Source of the DNA: Candidatus Methylobacter oryzae
Lineage (GTDB): Bacteria > Pseudomonadota > Gammaproteobacteria > Methylococcales > Methylomonadaceae
DNA: 64,000 bases
Reading direction: 5' to 3'
NCBI GenBank assembly: GCA_945861405.1
Contig: CAMAUL010000005.1
Location: forward strand, 1,629-65,628
The notes beneath the pieces are model-generated. The model had not been told where the DNA came from. It searched no databases and saw nothing but the letters and a program-made list of their open reading frames with translations. The number at the start of each line of letters is the position of its first letter. Positions within the stretch are counted from its first letter, which is position 1. Of this stretch, positions 18,355-26,896 are shown in pieces. Position numbers and translations under genes: made by a program.

Positions 18355-18449
18355 TTGTCCAACGAAGTGCAATAGGGTTTATTGACATGCCCCCAATCGT
18401 GGGGGTATAAACGGGGGTATATTCAAATTCAGCAGAGTTGATACCCCCA

Positions 18450-19669
18450 ATGCCGCTATCAGATACCACCATCAAGAACGCTAAACCCAATGCAGACAAG
18501 GCTTACAAGCTACCTGATGAAAAAGGTATGTACTTGTTGGTTAATCTTAACGGTTCGAAATACTTTAGGCTTAAGTATCGTTTTGGGGGCAAAGAAAAGG
18601 TTTTAGCCCTTGGCGTTTATCCCGATACCGGTTTAAAACAGGCCAGAGAAAAACGAGACGAGGCCAGAAAACTACTTGCTGATGGTATCGACCCCGGAGA
18701 AAACAGAAAAGCGGTTAAATCATCAAAGGCAGAAAGTGCGGCAAACAGCTTTGAGGTCATTGCCCGTGAATGGGGCTCAAAAAAAGTTAATGAGTGGGAC
18801 GATAAAAATAACCGTTCCAAACGGATGCTTGAAAGAAATATATTTCCCTGGCTGGGTGGCAAGCCCATAACTGACATTTTGCCTAAAGATATTCTGGACT
18901 GTTTACGGCGTGTCGAAGATCGGGGAACCATCGAGACAGCGCACCGAACCCTTCAGATATGCGGGCAGGTTTTCCGCTATGCGGTCGCAACGGGCAGAGC
19001 CGAGCGAGACATAACGCCAGATTTGCGGGGTTCATTGCCACCGGCCAAAGGCGAACACTTTGCAGCCATTACCGAGCCGAAAGCCGTAGCGGAGTTATTA
19101 AGAGCAGTTGACAGCTACCAAGGCTCACTACCTGCCGTTTGTGCGCTAAAACTTGCGCCGCTGGTGTTTGTTCGCCCTGGCGAATTAAGGGCGGCAGAGT
19201 GGCAGCATATCGACCTTGAGGCTAAAGAATGGCGTTACTACGTATCAAAGACTGCTGTGCAACATATCGTCCCGCTATCATCCCAAGCCGTGGCAATATT
19301 GGAAGAGGTGCGCCCGTTTTCCGGTCATGGGCGCTTTGTATTCCCGTCAGAGCGCACCCCACGCGGTGACAGATGCATGAGCGACAACACCCTTAACGCC
19401 GCATTAAAACGACTGGGTTACGGTATAAGGACGTAATGACCGCACACGGCTTTAGAGCAATGGCGCGTACTATCCTAGATGAAGTGTTGGGGGTAAGGCC
19501 TGACTTTATCGAACATCAACTAGCCCACGCCGTTAAAGACCCGAACGGCAGAGCCTACAACAGAACAGCGCACCTACCGGAACGTCACAAGATGATGCAG
19601 CAATGGTCAGACTACCTGGACGGCTTGAAGAATGGGGCGCAAGTGATCCCGTTCAAAAAGCCTGCTTAG
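18450..19669 (+). pseudogene. P4-type tyrosine integrase, split by a frameshift near 19420-19436
   Basis: N-terminus MPLSDTTIKNAKP... (DUF4102-type arm-binding domain). The first frame ends ...LKRLGYGIRT*. The -1 frame continues YKDVMTAHGFRAMARTILDE..., which holds the HxxR and catalytic Tyr region. Confidence 0.8.
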
Positions 19670-19855
19670 GCCAATACACGGTAAATAATCTTATATACCC
19701 CCGCACCCGAAACAAAGCAACGCCAGATAGCCGGGCAGTTTGGGCGTGCTTTTTGTTAGCTTTCACCCGCCCGCAATCATCAGGCCGATACCGCTACGAT
19801 TTGCCGTAATGATACGCGGTCAATTTGCGGCAGCAGCTGCCCCGTTGTAAAAGTT

Positions 19856-20030
19856 TAAGGGGGGTATATATAATTCTTGGGGCTTTTGGGGCGAAAGCTT
19901 TATAAGCCTTATATACCGTGGTTTACAGCCGCCCCAAACACGTAAATTTAATGGGGAGTTGTTGGGGCATTTGGGGCGCTTTTATTAATTTTTTGGGGCT
20001 TTTTAGAAAAACATTAATAAATAGGGGCGT
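19856..20030. repeat. left iteron array (TTGGGGC x6) / left arm of a long inverted repeat
   Basis: TTGGGGC at 19877, 19886, 19962, 19971 and 19993, plus variants. CCGTGGTTTACAGCCGCCCCAAAC is the exact reverse complement of 25232-25255. Confidence 0.8.
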
Positions 20031-20188
20031 TTTCGCCGTCTAAATCGATTGATGTCTGCGGTGCTTAAAATCGCACACCTGATATAATCCAAATTGACCG
20101 GATAGCTCGACGGAGCAATAAGCGGGATTCGTTCCCCCGTTTCCGGTTATTTCTTTCTGGACGACTTGCACTTTGACGAGGTGTTATT

Positions 20189-20641
20189 TTGCCTGAAATT
20201 CCATGTGACGATGTAATTCACTATACAGTTGAATATAAAGATTACAAAAACTTACGGCTTCATGAGAGGCTTGCAATTAATGCCTATATGTTGGGCAATG
20301 ACACACAGCTGATACAATCAATCCTTACGGAGAATGAAGAAATTTCTAAGAGCATGAGGCGTTTTATTGCCGATATGATTTCTGGAAAGATAAAGCGCGA
20401 GGCAAGCAAGCAAGAAACAACGATCCACCATAAGATTGCCCTTTGCAGAGAAATAGACGCTTTAGCTAAAGGTAAAGCGCAAGACAAAGCCGTTGCCGTT
20501 GGCATTATTGCAGCGCGCGAGCATAGATCATCTGAAGCAATTAACACCAGGTACTACGAAGGCAAAAAAGCCATCAAAGCAGATCGAGACGCTTTGCTAA
20601 AGTATATGATTGATAATTATCACCCTAAAGGCGAAAAATAG
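20189..20641 (+). CDS. hypothetical protein (150 aa)
   Basis: ORF with a TTG start preceded by GAGGTG. No recognisable family. Confidence 0.45.
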   Translation: MPEIPCDDVIHYTVEYKDYKNLRLHERLAINAYMLGNDTQLIQSILTENEEISKSMRRFIADMISGKIKREASKQETTIHHKIALCREIDALAKGKAQDKAVAVGIIAAREHRSSEAINTRYYEGKKAIKADRDALLKYMIDNYHPKGEK

Positions 20642-20791
20642 TTAAGCTGTTGTTGTCAACAGCGCCCCGCCACACTATTTTTACTTCCCTGTCTATTTGA
20701 AATTCAATCTCATTATTCAAATAGACCAACACCCCCGACATCGCTTTAAACTCTCCTCGAATTTTATTAATTAATCGATGGAGTACGACTG

Positions 20792-21049
20792 ATGGTTACA
20801 AAAAACGCAAACGCCCAACTAAAACCACGCCAGAAAATCACCTACGTTGCAAGTGCGCTCCCCCTGGAGGGCTATATCCGCCTGCCCAGTGTGCTAGCCG
20901 TGATTGGGATCAGCAAGACCAGTTGGCACGATGGGCAAAAATCGGGCAAATATCCCGCCGGAAAATTACTATCCCCGCGCTGTCGAGTTTATCCCGTTAC
21001 AGAAATTCGCGCCTTGCTGGCTTCAATTGAAAAGGGGGCTGCAGTATGA
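20792..21049 (+). CDS. AlpA-family regulator / excisionase-like HTH protein
   Basis: 85 aa. 'YIRLPSVLAVIGISKTSWHDGQKSGKYP....LSPR...Y...EI' is the AlpA/Xis HTH pattern. Confidence 0.75.
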   Translation: MVTKNANAQLKPRQKITYVASALPLEGYIRLPSVLAVIGISKTSWHDGQKSGKYPAGKLLSPRCRVYPVTEIRALLASIEKGAAV

Positions 21050-21510
21050 ACACACAATCAAAACCCGCTCAATCCGAGCAAGCCCACCTGAGCCTTAACG
21101 ATTTGCATCTGGCTTTTGCTAATAGCTGTATTCCTTACCGCGTACTCATTACTGCTGGCTTGGATGTCGATCACAAAACAGACCGTTTGCAAAGGCTTGC
21201 TGACGGAGTCGGGAAACTCGACGCTATTACCAAGCAGTTGCTTAGAAACGCTTGTGGTGCAATTGGTGCAACGGATTCCGCTAATTTTCCACCATATGCT
21301 GAGATAAACCAACCATTCAACCAAACCCCGACCCTTGTTGATTTGCACCATGCCTTTGCTGATGTCTGCTACTGGTATGGCGCACTCGTTATAAAAGGCC
21401 GGCATGACGAATGCGTAATATACCATCTGCAATACCTTGCTGGACAGGTAGAGCAATTCGATACCATTACCAAGCAGTTGCTTAGTAATGCTTGCGGAGG
21501 TGCAGAATGA
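21046..21510 (+). CDS. hypothetical protein with an internal tandem duplication
   Basis: ATGA overlap with alpA. Two ~60-aa repeats each end in ITKQLL.NACG. Confidence 0.5.
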   Translation: MNTQSKPAQSEQAHLSLNDLHLAFANSCIPYRVLITAGLDVDHKTDRLQRLADGVGKLDAITKQLLRNACGAIGATDSANFPPYAEINQPFNQTPTLVDLHHAFADVCYWYGALVIKGRHDECVIYHLQYLAGQVEQFDTITKQLLSNACGGAE

Positions 21511-21785
21511 ACGCTTCCGATACTAAATTCAACCACCGCATAAATGCCGGGCAAGATGGAAAGTTTTTCAGCCTTCATGACGCAATAAACCCGTCTTTGG
21601 AACGCGCCACTGCAATAGCCGATTTGATCGAAGTTGCCTGTGAAGTGGTCGATGTAACCAGTTTCGAGTCAACTACCCTCTGGCGGGCTGCTCAAGCGAT
21701 CCGCCTTGAGATTAAAGATACTCAAACAATACTGGTCGCCTGCCTTGATGAGAATAAAAACAGTAATCAGGAGGTGCAATCATGA
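21507..21785 (+). CDS. hypothetical protein
   Basis: ATGA overlap with the upstream gene and RBS GGAGGTG. 92 aa. Confidence 0.5.
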   Translation: MNASDTKFNHRINAGQDGKFFSLHDAINPSLERATAIADLIEVACEVVDVTSFESTTLWRAAQAIRLEIKDTQTILVACLDENKNSNQEVQS

Positions 21786-22084
21786 GCGATAACGCCCGTA
21801 CTCAACCGGTTTCAAGACCGCCAACGGTAGAGTGTTTTTTTGTGGCTGTTAATAAGCAGAGCGACAGCTATAAGCTGTTGCTTTCGCCTGTTTCGCCATA
21901 CTTTAGAACCCTTGAAGAGGCCAAGGCGTTTCACACAACTTTCAAGATAGAAGGTTCTTATTGTGCTGATTCGACTTATTACCCAAGAAGCGCAGAAGAT
22001 GCCAAGCAACATGAAGAGGAGTTGTTTGGTAGTGAAACCAAGCTGGCACGCAGGCATAAAAAACCCACCCAAACCACCATTTGA
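21782..22084 (+). CDS. hypothetical protein
   Basis: ATGA overlap with the upstream gene and RBS AGGAGGTG. 100 aa. Confidence 0.5.
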   Translation: MSDNARTQPVSRPPTVECFFVAVNKQSDSYKLLLSPVSPYFRTLEEAKAFHTTFKIEGSYCADSTYYPRSAEDAKQHEEELFGSETKLARRHKKPTQTTI

Positions 22085-22172
22085 GCGGGTTTTAGCATCC
22101 AACAAGACTACTAAACCAGCGGCTATTTTACCGCGTGGCGCTGTTGGGTGCTACCCGCAAGGAAAGCATTTT

Positions 22173-23093
22173 GTGAACACTTATCAAATTATTGACGCTT
22201 TTAAAGCGTCGATGCGCGAAGCTGACATTGAGCCGCCCGATAAAATTCTGGCTGATGGCGTTTTACACCGTTTCCACATTGTCGGTCAGAAACAAGGCAG
22301 CTTGAATGGAGCCTACAAACTGCACCTGGACGGTGCGAAGCCCGCCGGGTATTTTGAAGATTTTAAAACCGGCATCAAAGCCAACTGGAAGGCCGACAGC
22401 CCCGCTAAACATTTCACCCCAGCCGAACGCCAGCAGCATGAGGTCGCCAAAAAGACACGAGATCAACAGCAAGCGCAGCGGTACGAACAAACCGCAAACT
22501 TAGCGCAACGTATACTTGACGCAGCCAAACCGCTGACCGGAAACGACCACCCTTATTTGCTGAAAAAGCGCATCGATTCACATGGTTTGTATCGGCTGAA
22601 GGTCTGGACGAAACGCCACAAAAATGATGCTGAGCAATGGGTGAACCTCAATATTCAGAATGTTTTATTGGTGCCGTTGATCGACATCAATGGCAAGCTT
22701 TGGAACTTGCAAGCGATATTCTCAGAGACAGACCCGACTTTAGGGCGTGATAAAGATTTTTTAAGCGGCGGACGGCTGGGCGGATTATTCCACGTTATCG
22801 GCCAACCGACTGACGAGGTGATTATTTGCGAAGGCTATGCAACCGGAGCCAGCCTGCATACCGCCACCGGCTCCCAGGTGCTTTGCGCCCTGTCGGCAGG
22901 CAACCTGTTCAATGTCGCCAAAGCAGTACGCGCCGCTGATTCCCGCAAAAAGATAATACTCGCCGCTGATAATGACTTAAAAACGCCCGGCAATCCCGGA
23001 GTGACCGCCGCAAAAAAGGCGGCGCTGGCCGTAGGCGGTTTTCTGGCCGTGCCACCGGTGGCGGGCGACTTTAATGATATGGAGTGCGTGTGA
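22173..23093 (+). CDS. Toprim-domain primase-like protein
   Basis: 'DGVLHRFH..G.K.GS.NGAYKLHLDG.PAGYFEDFKTG' N-terminal pattern, then Toprim 'VIICEGYATGASL...ILAADND'. The start is uncertain: GTG at 22173 after AGGAAA, while the ORF is open from 21963. Confidence 0.7.
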   Translation: MNTYQIIDAFKASMREADIEPPDKILADGVLHRFHIVGQKQGSLNGAYKLHLDGAKPAGYFEDFKTGIKANWKADSPAKHFTPAERQQHEVAKKTRDQQQAQRYEQTANLAQRILDAAKPLTGNDHPYLLKKRIDSHGLYRLKVWTKRHKNDAEQWVNLNIQNVLLVPLIDINGKLWNLQAIFSETDPTLGRDKDFLSGGRLGGLFHVIGQPTDEVIICEGYATGASLHTATGSQVLCALSAGNLFNVAKAVRAADSRKKIILAADNDLKTPGNPGVTAAKKAALAVGGFLAVPPVAGDFNDMECV

Positions 23094-25051
23094 AAAAGAC
23101 ACCCGATAACCCGATTTTAACCGTCGTCAAGTCGGCTCAACCGGTCAACAATACGGGCGAGGCCGATAAATGGGCAGACCGCCGAATCGGTGATTATTGC
23201 ATCAGCCACAGCTGCATATTTTTTATGCGAAAAGGCCGCGACAATAAGGAAGGCAAGATTAACGAAATCCCAACGCCATTAACACATAATTTTGTGGCGT
23301 TGATTGCCGAGCAAATCAATTTGGACGACGGCCTAAAACAGGAAGCCGCTTTTTTAGTGGAAGGTAGACAGAAAAACGGGCAGCCATTACCGACGCTCAC
23401 AATCCCAGCCACGCAATACCAAGCTATGCAGTGGCCGTTACGAAATTATGGCGGGCGCGGCATTGTTGAGGCCGATCAAGCCACACCGCGCCGACTGGCA
23501 AACGGTATCTTGATATTAAGCGGTGATATTCCGATAACCACGGTTTACCAGCACACCGGCTGGAGGCATATCAACGACCAATGGTTTTATCTCAGCGGCA
23601 GCGGGGCGATAGGTGCAGAGGGGTTGAATATTGACACCCGCGTTGAACTGGGCGAAGGTCACATGCAGCGTTACGTATTGCCCGCGCCCGCTGCCAGCCC
23701 TGGACAGATGGCAGCTACACTGTTCAGCCTGTTGTATATCGCGCCAGAAAATAAGGCTGTTGGTGTGTCGCTATTTTGCGGCGTAGTTCGGTCTGTGTTG
23801 GGCGAGTGTCTACCGGTTGACTTCGCGTTGTTTCTGTCCGGTCAATCAGGCTCACAAAAGTCGGAATGCGCGGCTCTGGCGTTGGCCTGTTTTGGCGACT
23901 TCAACGCCCGGAGATTCCCGGCTAATTTTACCGATACTGAAAGCGATCTTGAACATAAAGCCCACCAGGCAAAGGATGCAATTTTCGTTGTCGATGACTT
24001 GGCTCCAGGTTCTAGCCAGCAGGAAGCAAACAAAATGAATACTAAATGTGACCGGTTGTTTAGAGGCGCAGGCAATCAAAGCGGGCGCGGTCGCCGCAAC
24101 GCCGACATGACCGGCAAGGCGGCATATTTCCCGCGCTGCATGATTGTCGCCACGGGTGAAGATACGCCGAAAGGCGCATCATTGCTAAGCAGGATGCTTG
24201 TTATCGAATTTAAGCGCGGCGATGTAGCCTTGTCATCACTTACCAGTTTGCAACACCTGTCGCAAAAGGGTGAGCTGTCGACAATTATGGCCGCATTTAC
24301 AAAATGGCTTGCGCCGCGCATGCCCGACCTGAAAAAAACTTTTCCGAACATGGTGCATTCTATCCGCGATAAGGCATTGGCGGGAAACTTCGCTACCAGT
24401 CACCCACGCGCCGCCGACATTTACGCGAGCTTATACGCGGCGGCGGATATTTATATCGAGTTCTGTCACGAAGTTGGAGCCATTAATTCAATCCGCGCCA
24501 CTGAACTGATGGAGACCATCGACGACGCACTGAAAGACGCGATCCGGGCGCAAGGTCAATTTCAAAAACAAAGTGATGAAGTGGAAAGATTTATTGCCTT
24601 GTTACGCGGCTGTTTTAGCGCGGGGGAATGCCATGTAAGCGACTCCATGAACCAAGGCCCGCCGGTGCAGCATCCGTTTATTTGGGGATGGCGCACCCCT
24701 AGCGAAGGTGCCGATGTTGCCGGGCGCGGTCAGTTAATCGGCTGTGTTAATCAGATCAACGGTGAATTATGGCTTGACCCGGAGGCGACTTTCAAGACCG
24801 TGCAAAAGTTCGCCAGTTCGCAAAATGACCCGATTCTGATACAAAAAGCAACGCTTTGGAAAAGGCTGTTAGAGCGTGGGCTATTGACCACCTATGAGGT
24901 GAGCAAAAAATCAGGTGTAAAAAGGCCAGACGTAAAAAGGAGCGTGACCGGTAAGCGTGTTCGGGTGCTGATTTTCAATACCAATGTTATTGAAAACGTC
25001 GATTTGATTGTCAACAAAGACATAAAATCGGAGCATTCAGGCGATGATTAA
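23084..25051 (+). CDS. DUF927-like P-loop NTPase (replicative helicase candidate)
   Basis: 655 aa. Walker A-like GQSGSQKS and Walker B-like IFVVDDL. Overlaps the primase gene by 10 nt. Confidence 0.6.
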   Translation: MRVKKTPDNPILTVVKSAQPVNNTGEADKWADRRIGDYCISHSCIFFMRKGRDNKEGKINEIPTPLTHNFVALIAEQINLDDGLKQEAAFLVEGRQKNGQPLPTLTIPATQYQAMQWPLRNYGGRGIVEADQATPRRLANGILILSGDIPITTVYQHTGWRHINDQWFYLSGSGAIGAEGLNIDTRVELGEGHMQRYVLPAPAASPGQMAATLFSLLYIAPENKAVGVSLFCGVVRSVLGECLPVDFALFLSGQSGSQKSECAALALACFGDFNARRFPANFTDTESDLEHKAHQAKDAIFVVDDLAPGSSQQEANKMNTKCDRLFRGAGNQSGRGRRNADMTGKAAYFPRCMIVATGEDTPKGASLLSRMLVIEFKRGDVALSSLTSLQHLSQKGELSTIMAAFTKWLAPRMPDLKKTFPNMVHSIRDKALAGNFATSHPRAADIYASLYAAADIYIEFCHEVGAINSIRATELMETIDDALKDAIRAQGQFQKQSDEVERFIALLRGCFSAGECHVSDSMNQGPPVQHPFIWGWRTPSEGADVAGRGQLIGCVNQINGELWLDPEATFKTVQKFASSQNDPILIQKATLWKRLLERGLLTTYEVSKKSGVKRPDVKRSVTGKRVRVLIFNTNVIENVDLIVNKDIKSEHSGDD

Positions 25052-25140
25052 GATGGCACAGTGGCCTTTATTCGCAGTACCAGCCTGCTAAAAGTTTTAG
25101 CTGAAAATCTGGCAAAGGTAAAAAAATTGACCTGTAAAGA

Positions 25141-25163
25141 GCCCGGAAAAATCCGGGTTTTTG
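25141..25163 (+). terminator. rho-independent terminator-like hairpin
   Basis: GCCCGGAAAAATCCGGGC-like stem followed by TTTTT. Confidence 0.55.
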
Positions 25164-25169
25164 GTGCAA

Positions 25170-25320
25170 AAATCATCATCCGCCCCAAATAAAACAGCAA
25201 ATGCCCCAGCATTTCCCCAAAAAAATACGGGTTTGGGGCGGCTGTAAACCACGGGTGGCATGGCTTACAGCCGTTCGCCCCAAAATCCCCAAGTTTTACA
25301 ACATACCCCCCCCTATAGTT
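25170..25320. repeat. right iteron array (GCCCCAA series), mirror image of 19856-20030
   Basis: GCCCCAA/TCCCCAA at 25182, 25203, 25214, 25277 and 25286. The reverse complement aligns with the left arm over more than 80 nt. Confidence 0.8.
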
Positions 25321-25499
25321 TTATGTTTATCGTGTTGGTCATCTGAATGTTTAGTAACTTTCTTAGGGGCTGACTACACAAAACGCGGGGTTCGAATTAC
25401 CCGCATTGGGGAATCGCTGGAAGTACCTTTTACCCTGGCGCTTCGGACTAAAAGCTATACATGACTTGTTAAGTAACGCGCCTACCAGGGGCATGTTTG

Positions 25500-25751
25500 T
25501 TAGGGGCGCGGGGCTTGTAGAATGGCTTGAAACAGTGAAAGCAGCGCGGCTAAAACCACGACGGTGACCAAGTAAGGAAGGAACAGTAAGAGCGCGCCAA
25601 AGGGTGCGACAATAGCCGATACAATCAGCGCCGCCCATGCTGTGCCGCCGCCATGTATCGCTGCGACAAAGCAACCAGCAAAGGTGATGGCAATAATCAT
25701 TTGTGGGTGATAAGGCCAATCAATGATGTGATCAAAGCTATTTTTAGGCAT
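25500..25751 (-). CDS. small membrane protein (83 aa)
   Basis: Start at the internal Met with RBS AAGGAGA. Three hydrophobic helices. Confidence 0.5.
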   Translation of the reverse strand: MPKNSFDHIIDWPYHPQMIIAITFAGCFVAAIHGGGTAWAALIVSAIVAPFGALLLFLPYLVTVVVLAALLSLFQAILQAPRP

Positions 25752-26087
25752 AAAATCTCCTTGAAGTAGGTTGTGAGTGTAGCTAATAAAGCCGATGGTT
25801 GTCATGGTAAATAACTTGGCAGAGGGTAAGCCGCAATGGTTGCGATTAATAATGTAATACATTATTTAACATAATGTCCGTTATGCGAAGTTATTGATGT
25901 ATTACAATAATAACTTGACTTCTTGAATCCTAAGTACAGCGCGGCCTGTAGCGTGTTTTTCATTATTGCGCATAAAGTTGACATTATCTGTTATTTATGT
26001 ATTACAATATTATGCAATATAGCCCGCAGCGCTTGCGGCAGGGTATTGATGAATTACATTTAATGCTTTTCTGAGGAGACACCGCCA

Positions 26088-26249
26088 ATGGAACAAAAAA
26101 AAGCACGCGCCAAAGGGGCAGGCCGTAAGCCATTGCCGCCTGAAGATCGAGCCAAGGTTATATCTTGCCGATTAACCGAGGCACAACACAAACGGTTTAT
26201 CGAACTGGGTGGCGTTGTCTGGCTAAGACAGCAGATCGATAAAGTTTAG
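26088..26249 (+). CDS. small basic protein, possible ribbon-helix-helix regulator (53 aa)
   Basis: Not in the ORF track (<60 aa). RBS GAGGAGA. Sequence MEQKKARAKGAGRKPLPPEDRAKVISCRLTEAQHKRFIELGG... Confidence 0.45.
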   Translation: MEQKKARAKGAGRKPLPPEDRAKVISCRLTEAQHKRFIELGGVVWLRQQIDKV

Positions 26250-26412
26250 TTCGTCTACTTGGAATTTATGCGGGCTATTTGATGTGGGCTTTTGTGGCAA
26301 AAACAGGGGCAGCATTGAGCGCGTGGGGGTACTTTTGGGGGTATATTTAAAAAACGAAATCAACAAAGCCTTTAACAGCAGGTCGTGCAGAGTCTATTGT
26401 GATAGAGCCCGC

Positions 26413-26500
26413 AAAACAGATTCAACAAAGTCCAATAACCTGCAAGTCATAAGGCTTAGCGGGTTTTTTATTGTCCAACGAAGTGCAGGGGTTTGTTGAC
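26413..26500. repeat. direct repeat of 18303-18392 (island junction)
   Basis: CCTGCAAGTCATAAGGCTTAGCGGGTTTTTTATTGTCCAACGAAGTGCAGGGGTTTGTTGACATACCGCC aligns with 18323-18392 with few mismatches. Confidence 0.85.
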
Positions 26501-26508
26501 ATACCGCC

Positions 26509-26715
26509 ATAAAGAACGCTAAATCCACCGAAAATCCTTATAAAATACGGGATGAGAAAGGTATGTACTTGCTGGTTCATCCTAATGGCGGCAAATACTT
26601 TCGATATGATTACCGCTTTGACGGTAAGCGCAAAACCTTAGCATTGGGAACTTACCCGATAACATAACTCAAAGAAGCCAGAGATAAGCGAGATACCGCC
26701 AAAAAACAGATTGAT
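26509..26715 (+). pseudogene. second P4-type integrase, N-terminal stub
   Basis: Reads IKNAKSTENPYKIRDEKGMYLLVHPNGGKYFRYDYRFDGKRKTLALGTYPIT*LKEARDKRDTAKKQI. It parallels residues 9-75 of the 18450 integrase, has no start codon and has an in-frame stop. Confidence 0.8.
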
Positions 26716-26896
26716 ATCACATTTTATTTGACAGGGTTACTTTGATTGGTTTTAGCTTACTGGTGGATAGTTTTTAAGAAAGCAAAAGGCTCGCCCCCTT
26801 TAATATGCGTTCGGACAGGCCATTATGGGCTATAGTTAACATCTATCCAATGTGGACAAAATAGCCATAAAAACAACTTTGCAAGGAAAATATGAC

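Larger units (their letters stand above)
18287..26500 (+). mobile_element. integrative satellite-like element downstream of tRNA-Cys
   Basis: Contains a P4-type integrase, AlpA, a Toprim primase and a DUF927-like P-loop protein. Bounded by ~90-bp direct repeats (18303-18392 and 26413-26500). No capsid, tail or lysis genes. Confidence 0.7.

Noticed and set aside
18303-18392. Treating the ~90-bp direct repeat as the minimal att core.
   Set aside because: The repeat lies downstream of the tRNA rather than within its 3' end, and it includes the integrase promoter region. It may reflect two homologous islands in tandem rather than the crossover site, and only a 7-nt GCCCGCA match to the tRNA 3' end precedes the second copy. 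The exact att site could not be defined by eye.
18097-18499. ORFs overlapping the tRNA-Gly and tRNA-Cys genes and the island junction.
   Set aside because: The sequence is fully explained by two tRNAs, terminator hairpins and the integrase upstream region.
21963-22172. 5' extension of the primase ORF overlapping gene 21782-22084.
   Set aside because: It overlaps the preceding gene by 122 nt in another frame. Homology-like sequence (YQIIDAFK...DGVLHRFH) begins only after 22173. This remains uncertain.
25201-25719. ORFs 25201-25464 (+) and 25363-25719 (-).
   Set aside because: The first is read through the GCCCCAA iteron array. The second is antisense to, or overlaps, the better-supported small membrane protein gene.
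26284-26499. 71-aa ORF across the island junction.
   Set aside because: It spans the GGGGGTA boxes and the duplicated junction repeat. There is no RBS, and the duplicated terminator hairpin lies inside it.
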